64,000 bases of DNA from Candidatus Woesearchaeota archaeon (GCA_018303545.1 JAGVXY010000011.1:1466-65465), one strand, 5' to 3'. Counted from the stretch's first letter, positions 19,272-28,928 are shown. Translations and numbers: made by a program. Notes: generated by a model not told the origin, from the sequence alone.

Positions 19272-20381
19272 TTAAATTATTTTATTATAGACTTGTTCTG
19301 ATAAGGGATCGTTTAATTTGCCTTTTAGATATAATGATATATTTTTACGATTTGTAATTAATTTTAATAAATTAAATGAGTTATATTCATTTATTTTTTG
19401 TATTAAATCTTGGTCCTCATGAGTTTTTTTAATGGCTATCTTATTTGAAAGAGATTGATTCCAATCGGAATTTTTATGTTTCCAACTTAAAGAAGATAAA
19501 AGTAAAGCTCGATTAAATTCAGGACTTATGTCTTGATATTCTCCCTTCGTTATGTTCTCTATATTCCTAGGATTAATTATATATGAAGGAAGTATCAATT
19601 CAACATTATTATTCTTTTCAGGATTTAATGAATAATATAGTGCATACGTTAAAGAAATTTGCCAAGCAACATGATTACTTCCTATTATATGTATAGCCAT
19701 AGACTCCGATCCATATGCTAATCCATCCAAACAATTTTGCCACCAGAAATCGACATCTAGACCGTATTTTTTTCCGCTTATGGCCGTATATGTGGGACAA
19801 TCTCTATTATGTCTCGAAACTAAAAATCTATTTTTTTGTATATGTTTTATATGTGTTTCAACTTCTTTTTGCATAAAGTCAGGAATAACCTTTGGGGGCA
19901 CTATTGTTTTCGGGTAGGTGATAGTTAAACAATCTTCTCTTAAGGGGATTACAGGTGTTTCACAAAGCTTACAGACCATATTATCTCCATATGTAGAATA
20001 AAACCTTGCTTTGGGATTTGGTTCTACTTCATTCAACATTTCTACTTTACCACATTCACACCTTTTTACTAATGTACTCTCTTCTTTCATTATTCCGATT
20101 TTTTCTAATTTTTTTATAGTTGTAAATAACTGAGACATATTTTCTCCATCAATCCAGATTTGTTCGGGATTATCTATAGAAACGGTCGATAGTGCCTGTA
20201 CAAAATTGGGTGCTAAGTCTATTCGGTCTTGATATGAATCTAATGTATTTAACAATATATAAGACTGAGAATCGGGAATTAGTTTATTAAATGCATCCGC
20301 AAGAACAGGGGACATTAAAATACCCAAAGGGGGGACTATTTTTCTAGTTCCAAGAGGAAATGTAGTTATAATATGCTTCAT
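19272..20381 (-). CDS. Methionyl-tRNA-synthetase-like paralog (catalytic-core homolog that appears to lack the HIGH and KMSKS motifs)
   Basis: Zn-knuckle CECG...(19)...YGDNMVCKLCETP resembles the E. coli MetRS CPKC...YGDNCEVCGAT. HIIGSNHVAW matches the MetRS HFIGKDIVYFH motif. No HIGH at the N-terminus. The KMSKS position reads NIENITKG. Confidence 0.5.
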   Translation of the reverse strand: MKHIITTFPLGTRKIVPPLGILMSPVLADAFNKLIPDSQSYILLNTLDSYQDRIDLAPNFVQALSTVSIDNPEQIWIDGENMSQLFTTIKKLEKIGIMKEESTLVKRCECGKVEMLNEVEPNPKARFYSTYGDNMVCKLCETPVIPLREDCLTITYPKTIVPPKVIPDFMQKEVETHIKHIQKNRFLVSRHNRDCPTYTAISGKKYGLDVDFWWQNCLDGLAYGSESMAIHIIGSNHVAWQISLTYALYYSLNPEKNNNVELILPSYIINPRNIENITKGEYQDISPEFNRALLLSSLSWKHKNSDWNQSLSNKIAIKKTHEDQDLIQKINEYNSFNLLKLITNRKNISLYLKGKLNDPLSEQVYNKII

Positions 20382-20600
20382 TTTATATTATGTTACAAGT
20401 AATAGTATTTAAATCTTTAGTTTTTTGCCACCAAAAAGTGACTACAATATTTAAAGTTTTTGTGATTTATGCCCTATTTTCAATTGCCCCTGCTTTATGA
20501 CTTTTTTAGATTATTCTCCATTATTCTAATGAATTAAATTATCTCTCGTCTAATCGCAAACATGTTCGTTCAGGGCTATTTTACGAAGCAGGTGATAGGA

Positions 20601-20688
20601 AGTTTAATAAATAATAGAAATATTGGCATTACTTAATAGGTAAATAATACAGTGGTTTGATATTGCGTGGATATCCGTGTCCCCCGCA
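20601..20688. repeat. 88-bp direct repeat, copy 1 (about 95% identical to 24547-24634); ends in tgtcccccgca
   Basis: Read directly: agtttaataaataata[g]aaatattggcat[tactt]aataggtaaataata[c]agtggtttgatattgcgtggatatccgtgtcccccgca. Confidence 0.8.
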
Positions 20689-20701
20689 GGTCTTTCTAAA
20701 A

Positions 20702-21103
20702 TCATCCCTTTATCTTCTCGTAAATCTCATTTAGGGATTTTTCTTTATATTCACTTTTAGGCCAAGTATCCAAATTATCTCCTTTAAATCTTGGAACTAA
20801 GTGCAAATGAAAATGAAAAACTGACTGTTGTGCTTCTTTTCCACTTGCATGCAATATGTTGATTCCCATAGCACCCAGTTTTTTTCTTATCTGCATTGAA
20901 ACTTTCTTTGCGGCAAGAATTATATTGGCTAGAGTCGCTTCATCAATTTCAAAAATATCTTTATAATGTTTCTTTGGTATCACAAGACAATGTCCTTTAG
21001 TGAGAGGATTTATGTCCAACATACAGATCACATTATCATCTTCATATAATTTATATGATGGAATTCTATTTGCAATGATTTCACAAAATATGCATTTTTC
21101 CAT
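20702..21103 (-). CDS. HIT-family (histidine triad) nucleotide hydrolase
   Basis: HFHLHLVPR histidine-triad motif. 133 aa. Confidence 0.8.
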   Translation of the reverse strand: MEKCIFCEIIANRIPSYKLYEDDNVICMLDINPLTKGHCLVIPKKHYKDIFEIDEATLANIILAAKKVSMQIRKKLGAMGINILHASGKEAQQSVFHFHLHLVPRFKGDNLDTWPKSEYKEKSLNEIYEKIKG

Positions 21104-21180
21104 ATTAAATAATCTCCATTAAAATAGATATAATTCTGATTGCTTTTAAATTTTTTCCTTTATTTTGATTTTTGTTAAAT

Positions 21181-22209
21181 TTACTTGATTCCATCTTGTT
21201 TAAACAGTACCTTTATTGTATTTGCTTGTTTATTGCTCATTATTTCAACTCCTCTATTGAATTCTGAAAGAGGCAAAATATGGGTAATTATTTTTTTCAT
21301 ATCTATTTCTCCGTTTTTCATTAATTCTAATGCGATATCAAATTCATTTTTGCCATTATAATAACTATAAGAATTAGTCCCCAAAAGCAATGCTTCCTTA
21401 TAGAATAAATCTCTCAGTGGGATATTACCATTAAAATTTTCGGGAAATACTCCGCTTACAAGAATTTGTCCTTTTGGTTTAATAAGTCTTATTGCATCCA
21501 ATACAGTTTTATCTTGTTCTTTTCCAATCGCCTCGAATATTAAATCAAAAATATTTGAAGATAATTTATTAATTGAACGGGGAATAATAAATTTACTGTC
21601 TAAGGATTCTACAAACATTTGATTATGTTTTCCAACAACTGTGACATCATTCTTCTGTTTAACTAATTGTAAATAAGTTAGTGCCACAGCACCATCCCCA
21701 TAAATTAGTATATTCTTATTTAGAGGTTTATTAGACAGATTCCATGAATGTACAGCAACCGCCGCAACGTCAGTTAATGCCGCTTCTTCAATTGATAATC
21801 CATTTGGGATTTTCCTTAAGTTTCTTGCTGGCACCAATACATATTCAGCAAATGCCCCATCCAATTCCTTACCTATGGATTTTAGGTTTTCACAAAATTG
21901 ATAATTTCCCTGTATACAATAATTACATTCTTGGCAATATATCAAAGGTATAGCTGTAACTTTATCCCCTACTTTTAGACTTGAATCATTAGCATTGATT
22001 TCTACAACCGAACCAGCGAATTCATGCCCCAGGATAGCCGTTTTTAGATATGTTTGCGGTTCGATATTTGACCTAATTTTGTGCATATCACTACCACATA
22101 AGCCTACTGCCTCTACTCGAACAAGAGCCATATCGGGTTTATCTAAAACTAAATTATCCAATTCGCCATATTCTGGTTTTTTCAATTTAACTAATGATAT
22201 GCCTTTCAT
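21181..22209 (-). CDS. Zinc-dependent alcohol/polyol dehydrogenase (MDR family; threonine/sorbitol dehydrogenase-like)
   Basis: GLCGSDMH and GHEFAG zinc-ligand motifs, GDGAV Rossmann motif. Confidence 0.8.
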   Translation of the reverse strand: MKGISLVKLKKPEYGELDNLVLDKPDMALVRVEAVGLCGSDMHKIRSNIEPQTYLKTAILGHEFAGSVVEINANDSSLKVGDKVTAIPLIYCQECNYCIQGNYQFCENLKSIGKELDGAFAEYVLVPARNLRKIPNGLSIEEAALTDVAAVAVHSWNLSNKPLNKNILIYGDGAVALTYLQLVKQKNDVTVVGKHNQMFVESLDSKFIIPRSINKLSSNIFDLIFEAIGKEQDKTVLDAIRLIKPKGQILVSGVFPENFNGNIPLRDLFYKEALLLGTNSYSYYNGKNEFDIALELMKNGEIDMKKIITHILPLSEFNRGVEIMSNKQANTIKVLFKQDGIK

Positions 22210-22215
22210 TTTATA

Positions 22216-23346
22216 TTACCTCAAATAATTATCCAACTGAGATTTATTGCCCCCAGTTGAATGGATAACCTCAATAAGTTTGTCTAACACAGCACCACTT
22301 TTAATTACCTTTTTCGCAAGATTAAATCCATCTTTTAAATCTCTTGCCTTTTCAGCAAGATATAAAATTGTCCCTGCATTTATACATACTATATCTTCTC
22401 TTGGTTTTTCGCCATATCCTCTGATCACATCAACACAATATTGTACATTAGCCTTTAATGAATCTCCTTCTGCTATATGGTGAGGTTCGTATTGTGGAAG
22501 GTTCAATTCTTCAGTAGGCCTAAAAATTATTAATTTTCCTATTTTACCATTCTTTATTCCAACTAATCTTGTAGTGCCATAAATTCCCATTTCATCAAGA
22601 TAATGGATATCATCATTCGTGGCAGATACAACCATCGCATTTTGAATGTCAAATTCTTTTAAAACACGTATCGAAGTTTCTACATCTGGATGTGCCAAAC
22701 CATAGAGAAAATTATCAAAATGAACCGGTGTAAGTAAAGCAGCCAAACCAAAACTTAATGTATGTGGTACATAGAATTTCTTTCCATAGACGTTATCAAA
22801 TTTAGGTATAAGATTTTCTATGCAAAAAGCGCCAAATCCGGTATCTTTAATTGTTTTAATCATCTTTTCTGTAGGAATATCTATATTCACTCCTAATTCT
22901 CTCAACAAGTCAGCAGAACCCGTCATCGAGCTTGTTGAAGAAGAAACAGGCTTAGCAGTATATGCTCCTGCTGCAGTGGCCAAAAGCATTGCTGGAGTGG
23001 ATATGTTCATAGTTTTAAATCCTTTTTTTCCACTTCCAATTGCCCCAACAAGTTTTTCATTTGACGGTAAATCAATTTTTATTTTATCATAAGGCAAAAA
23101 ATTGTCCAATTTAAAAGCACATTTAAGCAAGGTAACGATTTCTTCTACTTTTGGTCCTTTAGCCATTATCCCCGTCAATAAGGCGCCCAACTGAACATCC
23201 CTCGCCAAAACATTATCACAATTAAGAATTTTATCAAACGCTTTCTCTAATAAGGTTAAATTAATTTCTGAACCAACATTTAAGCGATACAATACTTCAC
23301 TTATAAATCCATTATTATCATTTGCCATTATTTCCACCTTGAACAA
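22216..23346 (-). CDS. Anthranilate phosphoribosyltransferase (TrpD) fold paralog lacking the canonical GTGGD motif
   Basis: ...GSGKKGFKTMNISTPAMLLATAAG...SSSTSSMTGSADLLRELG aligns to TrpD ...GTGGDGANTFNIST...NRSVSSKSGSADVLEALG. 19-nt overlap with the downstream TrpRS-like gene. Confidence 0.55.
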   Translation of the reverse strand: MFKVEIMANDNNGFISEVLYRLNVGSEINLTLLEKAFDKILNCDNVLARDVQLGALLTGIMAKGPKVEEIVTLLKCAFKLDNFLPYDKIKIDLPSNEKLVGAIGSGKKGFKTMNISTPAMLLATAAGAYTAKPVSSSTSSMTGSADLLRELGVNIDIPTEKMIKTIKDTGFGAFCIENLIPKFDNVYGKKFYVPHTLSFGLAALLTPVHFDNFLYGLAHPDVETSIRVLKEFDIQNAMVVSATNDDIHYLDEMGIYGTTRLVGIKNGKIGKLIIFRPTEELNLPQYEPHHIAEGDSLKANVQYCVDVIRGYGEKPREDIVCINAGTILYLAEKARDLKDGFNLAKKVIKSGAVLDKLIEVIHSTGGNKSQLDNYLR

Positions 23347-24380
23347 ATATCAATTAGCATTTCACAGTAATCTTTCTTAGCCTTTTTCCATTTGGATTTC
23401 CCCTTTAGACAAGCCAAATAATTATTTTTCAGTTCTTTAGGATTCAAATAACTTGCTGAAGCCATCATTTGAAAAACAACGTTATTTTCGGGTTTATCAT
23501 AATCTCCCTCTCCATTCATAATCTTATCTTTTATTTCATTTGCTTTCATATCTAATGTAATTCCAGACTTTGGAAAACTCTTTGACATTTTAGGATAATT
23601 ATAAAAACCTTTAATAATTGAAGAATAAATTCCAGATAAAATCATATTGAAACCATTTAAATTCCTATCTGATTTCATACGTGAAACAGTCTCTTTTCCA
23701 AATTGAACATATTTATGTTCATCAATTCCAAGCATTACCAAAACATTTTCAAACCCTAATCCTGTGTGAAGATGAATAAAATCCGCAGTCATTAAATTAA
23801 GGGATAATTTTCTACGGTAACTCATATCCGAATCAACTTTTCCATTATTATGGTAAAACTCATGAAGATCTTCTTCAGAATCATTAAACATCTGATCTTC
23901 CATATAATGCCCAATAATATAAGAGGTTCTTAAAACATCTAATGAATTATATTGTGACCTTAATATTGAGGGGGATTTATCATCAAAACCTAACTGGATT
24001 ATAAATTGCTTATACCTCTCTACAAGCTCAAGCGTCTCGGAAAGTGACCTTGACTTGCCATTATATGCATCTAAATCACCGAGAACCATATTTACAGGCA
24101 TGCCTTCTCTTTGTAATATTACAGAACGCATTATTTGAGATAATGTGCCTACGTGGGGTATTCCTGACAATCCAAAACCAGTACTTACAATTACTTTTTT
24201 TCCTTCATTTAAATCTTTAGCGTAAATGTTTGCATCATGATGGCAAAGCCATCTCCTCTGTAAATCTTCTTCAGTTAATTTACCAAGAGAAAAATTTATC
24301 TTACCAAACTTTAATGGGTCATATCCAAACTCAGACATTATTCCGTTATAATAAGCCTCATCAAATTGTATTTTTAACAT
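23328..24380 (-). CDS. Class-I aminoacyl-tRNA synthetase, archaeal/eukaryotic TrpRS-like
   Basis: STGFGLSGIPHVGTL aligns to the eukaryotic TrpRS TGRGPSSEAMHVGHL (HIGH region, here HVGT). KMSKS motif present (YPKMSKSFP). 350 aa. Confidence 0.55.
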   Translation of the reverse strand: MLKIQFDEAYYNGIMSEFGYDPLKFGKINFSLGKLTEEDLQRRWLCHHDANIYAKDLNEGKKVIVSTGFGLSGIPHVGTLSQIMRSVILQREGMPVNMVLGDLDAYNGKSRSLSETLELVERYKQFIIQLGFDDKSPSILRSQYNSLDVLRTSYIIGHYMEDQMFNDSEEDLHEFYHNNGKVDSDMSYRRKLSLNLMTADFIHLHTGLGFENVLVMLGIDEHKYVQFGKETVSRMKSDRNLNGFNMILSGIYSSIIKGFYNYPKMSKSFPKSGITLDMKANEIKDKIMNGEGDYDKPENNVVFQMMASASYLNPKELKNNYLACLKGKSKWKKAKKDYCEMLIDICSRWK

Positions 24381-24546
24381 TTTTTGTCTCCGTAATCTGT
24401 ATGACTATCAAAATAGAGTATATAAACCTTTCTATTATTGTAACTAAATAGTAGTTATAAATAATCATTTTAAAGGCAACCTATTAACAGAATAGTCTAC
24501 AAGGGATAAGTAGGCAAATTTGAAATATTCTCCCCTGATTTTAGAA

Positions 24547-24634
24547 AGTTTAATAAATAATATAAATATTGGCATGACTCAATAGGTAAATAATATAGTG
24601 GTTTGATATTGCGTGGATATCCGTGTCCCCCGCA
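24547..24634. repeat. 88-bp direct repeat, copy 2 (see 20601-20688). Preceded by tgattttagaaag, which occurs inverted (ctttctaaaatca) immediately after copy 1.
   Basis: Read directly from the sequence. Confidence 0.8.
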
Positions 24635-24717
24635 TTATTCTTTTTCAATATCATAACCAAAATTTACTTGCTTCCACGCTCTAAAATATAGCTCTATTAT
24701 TTTTTTTAGAAAACTTA

Positions 24718-25860
24718 TTAATTTTCATTATCAATTAAAACTTCTAATGAATCTGAGCAGTTATTTTTAGCCAAATCATAAGCAGTGACTTTAATTGTAT
24801 AAGAACCATTCTTTAAAATGGTAGTATCCCAGTACCCCTCTTTACTTGGTACACCTTTAATAATATTCGTCAATACATAGACATTGTTTTTTACTTGGTA
24901 TTCTCTTTCACCGAGGGCAAATATTGCAAGATAACTTTCCATTAGACTCTTTCTGATAGTATCAAAATTATCGGAGGATTTATAATCTCCAGGTAAGGCA
25001 TAGTGAAAATTACTGTTTTCATTTAGTTGATTCAATAACCAAACTTCATCTATTTTGTCATGTTTACTATCAAAGATTTCATATTTTATTTCTGCAATCC
25101 CGGGCAAATATTCTTTTTCATTAAAGCTCCCAATTTGACCCATAAAATCTGCAGCTCTTGCAGTTATATCAACTTTGCCTTTTACTTTCCAAGGTAAAAT
25201 AGTTTTATCAACAGAACCATCCTTTTCCGAGATTATATCAATTGATCCAGGATTATCATACTGATGTATTAAAATTGGGTTAACTTCATCTTTTATTAAT
25301 CCTGATTTAATCAAAAGCGATAAAGGATTTTCACTAGGACAAATAAAATAATCAAAATAGGTTAAATCTTTATTAATTTTTATTCTTTTTTCTTTAGTTA
25401 CCATAAGATGCAAATGGGGAATATTCATAAATCCGGGTTCAGATTTCTCAGCGAGATAGCCTATTAAGTCACCAGGGGATACCTTACTTTTAATGGGAAC
25501 TTGGGAATCAGTGATATGGCCATATATATCATAAGTCTTACTTCCAACATAGATTATAATTCTATCCTTGCCTATTTCCTGAATTATGCCTGATCTCATT
25601 GCAAATACAGGAGTTTTAATATTATCCGAACTGTTGTTTGGAACATTTGTTGCAATATCAATTCCCGAATGAAAATAAAATCCACCCCATTGAAATTCTG
25701 CATCTCCATATCCCCTTAAAATTCCATTATAATATTCTTTACTTATTGGCATAACGGTAGGAAGTTCTGCTTTCAGGTTTATTTTAGGATTTAAAGAAAC
25801 AACAAAACCAAGAAGTGATCCTACAAGCCCAAGAATAGCCATTTTAAAAATTTTTCTCAT
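24718..25860 (-). CDS. Secreted M23-family (LytM-like) metallopeptidase
   Basis: Signal peptide. HSGIDIA (HxxxD) and PHLHLMV (HxH) motifs. 380 aa. Confidence 0.55.
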   Translation of the reverse strand: MRKIFKMAILGLVGSLLGFVVSLNPKINLKAELPTVMPISKEYYNGILRGYGDAEFQWGGFYFHSGIDIATNVPNNSSDNIKTPVFAMRSGIIQEIGKDRIIIYVGSKTYDIYGHITDSQVPIKSKVSPGDLIGYLAEKSEPGFMNIPHLHLMVTKEKRIKINKDLTYFDYFICPSENPLSLLIKSGLIKDEVNPILIHQYDNPGSIDIISEKDGSVDKTILPWKVKGKVDITARAADFMGQIGSFNEKEYLPGIAEIKYEIFDSKHDKIDEVWLLNQLNENSNFHYALPGDYKSSDNFDTIRKSLMESYLAIFALGEREYQVKNNVYVLTNIIKGVPSKEGYWDTTILKNGSYTIKVTAYDLAKNNCSDSLEVLIDNEN

Positions 25861-26023
25861 TTTGCAGAGTAAACGGAATGGGGTAATTATTTAAACTTTT
25901 TGTAAAAATTAGTTTTTTAACAGACAATTTAAGATAATCTCTTTGATAACAAAAATACAAAGAGGCATATTAATTCGAGGTTATACAATATAAATTATAA
26001 TGGTCCTTTATGCCTCATGCTGT

Positions 26024-26683
26024 TTATAAATTCTTTAAATTCGTAAGAACAAACTTTCTCATATCCATATTAATTGCTTTTTCATGTTTATAATCAATAT
26101 ATTTAGCAACACCAGAATTCATTATTTGATCAAGCATATGCATTTTCCTAACAAAGAATACTTGTGCCTGTTCAGTCATATTCTTATTTTCGAGTTCTTT
26201 CATTGAGGCATGCAGCCTAAGTGACTCATTTTTGTAATGTTTTAATTCAATTAAAAACAATTTAGAACTAAATATTTTTTTATCTGTCTCTTCCTTATCT
26301 TTTTCAATTTTATTCTTTAATTTTTCCAGTTCCTTGGCATCCACTTTTGCATCAAGAACGCAAGGATATCTGTTTTGCATAGATTCTTTTCTCTTTTCAT
26401 CAGCCGCAACATTTTCAGGGAATAATCTGCATGTAGAAGGCCTAATATCATAAATCTTGCATCCATCTCCTAAAAAAGCGCAAGGATTTTTCAAAGCAAT
26501 CCCCACTCTATACAAAGAAGGCGGTTGAACCGTAAAAGGCGCAATTCTGCAGTATATATCAAAAGCCTTGTCTAAAGTCAGTTTCTTCTCTTTAGCAATT
26601 AATTTAAGGTCTTCTAGCTGCACTTCAATTGGCATCATAGAATCTTTACAACATAGCTTCTCGCAATCCTTGCAATTAATCAT
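26024..26683 (-). CDS. YkgJ/UPF0153-like Cys-cluster (putative Zn/Fe-chelating) domain protein
   Basis: N-terminal CKDCEKLCC (CxxCxxCC) plus a later C...C pair. Confidence 0.45.
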   Translation of the reverse strand: MINCKDCEKLCCKDSMMPIEVQLEDLKLIAKEKKLTLDKAFDIYCRIAPFTVQPPSLYRVGIALKNPCAFLGDGCKIYDIRPSTCRLFPENVAADEKRKESMQNRYPCVLDAKVDAKELEKLKNKIEKDKEETDKKIFSSKLFLIELKHYKNESLRLHASMKELENKNMTEQAQVFFVRKMHMLDQIMNSGVAKYIDYKHEKAINMDMRKFVLTNLKNL

Positions 26684-26728
26684 AAAGAGAAATAAATCAA
26701 CGTTTCTTTTTAAAACTTTTGGGTAAAT

Positions 26729-28036
26729 TTACCTAGATTTATTAAAACGAGATCTGTTGCCAAATCCCCTTGGTCTTTCGCCAAATCTGCGATTGCCGCC
26801 AAATCCGCCATTACCCCTATTACCGCTAAATCCGCCACGACCTCCGCCCCTATTGCCGCCAAAGCCGCGATTGCGGTTAAATCCACGATTATCATTTCTT
26901 TCTCTAGGTTCATATTTGATTTGTACTCTTTCAACCTCAGGAGTCTCTTCTTTCTTAATTCTTACATGATTGTCTCTTAAGACTCTTGAAAAATTATCAT
27001 GATCTTTTTCAGAAAGCAGATTTACAGCCATTCCGTCGCTTCCAGCCCTTGCAGTTCTCCCAATTCTGTGAATATACTGCTTGCTTTCTTTAGGTATGTC
27101 ATAATTATAAACATGAGTTACACCTTTGACATCTAATCCTCTTGCTGCAACATCAGTGCAGATAATTACATCAAATTTTTGTGAATGAAACATTTCCATC
27201 ACTTGATTTCTTTTTTCTTGTGAGTGTCCGCCATGCAAAGAAAGTGCATTTATCTCTGCTCCCCTTAAGGTTCTTGTCACAAACTCTGTACTCATTCTTG
27301 AATTGCAGAATACCATTGCTAGCCCCATTTTTGTATTTTTCAAAAGATGAGCTAAAATAGATATCTTCATTTTATCTTCAACATTGTAATAAATTTGCGC
27401 CAACTTACTCGGATCAACCTGTGATTCAGCTTCAATCCTTTGCGGATTTCGCATATATTTTCTTGCCAAATCAATTATTGAAGTAGAAATAGTTGCAGAA
27501 AATAACAGAGTCTGCCTTTCATTAGGACATCTTGTTATGATTTTTCTTACATCATCTATAAATCCCATATCAAACATTCTATCAGCTTCATCCAAAACAA
27601 ATATCTTGATCTTACTTAGATCTAAAGTTCGTCTCTGCATATGGTCTAAAACTCTTCCAGGAGTTCCGACAACAACATCTGCATAGTGTAATGCTTTCAT
27701 CTGTGGATTTATTGACACTCCCCCATAAATAGTTGCCATATTCAGTGGCTTGTATTTTGAAAATGCTTTCAAATCTTTGCATACTTGCTCAGCAAGTTCT
27801 CTTGTGGGAACTAAAACCATTGCTTGTATGCCTTTGCCTTGAGAAATATTTTGAATAACTCCTGCACCAAATGCAAGTGTCTTTCCAGAACCTGTTGCAG
27901 ATTGTGCAATTACATCTTCTCCAGCAAGTACCAAAGGTATCGCTTTTTTCTGAATCAGCCCTGGCTGTTCAAATTTCATTTCCTCTATTACTTTTAATAT
28001 TGGGTCGCTTAGACCTAATTCTTTAAAATTTTCCAT
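26729..28036 (-). CDS. DEAD-box ATP-dependent RNA helicase with C-terminal RGG/Gly-Arg-rich tail
   Basis: Q-motif region, AQSATGSGKTLAF (motif I), DEAD, SAT, HRIGRTAR motifs. Tail NRGFGGNRGGGRGGFSGNRGNGGFGG. Confidence 0.85.
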   Translation of the reverse strand: MENFKELGLSDPILKVIEEMKFEQPGLIQKKAIPLVLAGEDVIAQSATGSGKTLAFGAGVIQNISQGKGIQAMVLVPTRELAEQVCKDLKAFSKYKPLNMATIYGGVSINPQMKALHYADVVVGTPGRVLDHMQRRTLDLSKIKIFVLDEADRMFDMGFIDDVRKIITRCPNERQTLLFSATISTSIIDLARKYMRNPQRIEAESQVDPSKLAQIYYNVEDKMKISILAHLLKNTKMGLAMVFCNSRMSTEFVTRTLRGAEINALSLHGGHSQEKRNQVMEMFHSQKFDVIICTDVAARGLDVKGVTHVYNYDIPKESKQYIHRIGRTARAGSDGMAVNLLSEKDHDNFSRVLRDNHVRIKKEETPEVERVQIKYEPRERNDNRGFNRNRGFGGNRGGGRGGFSGNRGNGGFGGNRRFGERPRGFGNRSRFNKSR

Positions 28037-28205
28037 TTTATATTTTTTAATAGAAAGAACGTATCCTTTCCAAAAGAATATCTCCTTTCTGTCTCCTTTT
28101 CAATATACCAAGTCGATTGCCTTTATAAAGGTTTCTGTTATATTAGTTACTGTTTAATGGTAATTACCCAAAAAGCTTATAAACCTGCTTAAATCTAGGA
28201 AATAG

Positions 28206-28928
28206 ATGGATAAAGTCAATAAAATTTTAATCAGAAATGAGCACATTTTTTACTGGAAATCTAAAGATTTGCATACTCATTCAGGGATTATAAAAGAAGA
28301 GCAAATAAAAAAGGCTAAAGATGGAGATATCCTAAAGGCAAGTTCTGGAAAAGAGTTTACAATAATCAGCGCAGATTTCTTAGATCGAATAAAAAGAATC
28401 AAGCGCGGTTCACAAGCTCTATTGCAAAAAGATATTGGTTTAATAATAGCAAAGACAGGAGTTAATAGAGATTCCATAGTTGTAGATGCAGGCACAGGCT
28501 CTGGTATGCTGGCTTCATTCTTGGCAAATGTTGTTAAGAAAGTTTATACTTATGAAATAAATGAGAGTAATTTAGAAATGGCAAAAGAAAATTTCAGTTC
28601 GTTAGAACTAAATAATATAGAATTAAAAAACAAAAACATAACCGAAGGCATAGATGAAAAGGAAGTAGATCTTATAACATTGGATTTATCAAATCCTGAA
28701 TTAGTTTTAGAGTATGCTTATAACTCCTTAAAATTCGGGGGTTATTTGGTTTGTTATTGCCCGCAGATTACTCAGATTATGGCAGTAGTGGAAAATAACA
28801 AAAAATTTACAGTACAAGAAGTAACTGAACTTTTAGAGAGACATTGGGCCGTTGATGGAAGAAAAGTTCGTCCTAAATCGCCAATGGTTGCGCATTCTGC
28901 TTTTTTAATATTTTTAAGAAAGATATAG
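28206..28928 (+). CDS. trmI: tRNA (adenine-N1)-methyltransferase TrmI/Gcd14 family
   Basis: VVDAGTGSGMLASFLA SAM-binding motif preceded by ...KRGSQALLQKDIGLIIAKTGV typical of the TrmI N-domain. Confidence 0.65.
   Translation: MDKVNKILIRNEHIFYWKSKDLHTHSGIIKEEQIKKAKDGDILKASSGKEFTIISADFLDRIKRIKRGSQALLQKDIGLIIAKTGVNRDSIVVDAGTGSGMLASFLANVVKKVYTYEINESNLEMAKENFSSLELNNIELKNKNITEGIDEKEVDLITLDLSNPELVLEYAYNSLKFGGYLVCYCPQITQIMAVVENNKKFTVQEVTELLERHWAVDGRKVRPKSPMVAHSAFLIFLRKI

Noticed and set aside
15552-24634. Considered that the 88-bp repeats are tRNA 3' halves or split-tRNA genes, because they share tgtcccccgca with tRNA-Leu.
   Set aside because: Upstream of the shared 11-14 nt the repeats do not fold into a T-arm. 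GCGTGGATATCCGTG has no 5-bp stem/7-nt loop with the GTTC-like loop sequence, and no matching acceptor 5' strand (GCGGGGG) is nearby. Kept only as att-like mimicry.
26710-26969. Two short ORFs (26710..26934 minus, 26757..26969 plus) with Pro/Leu/Ala-rich translations.
   Set aside because: They lie inside the DEAD-box helicase coding region (its GGN-repeat RGG tail). Low-complexity alternative-frame artefacts.
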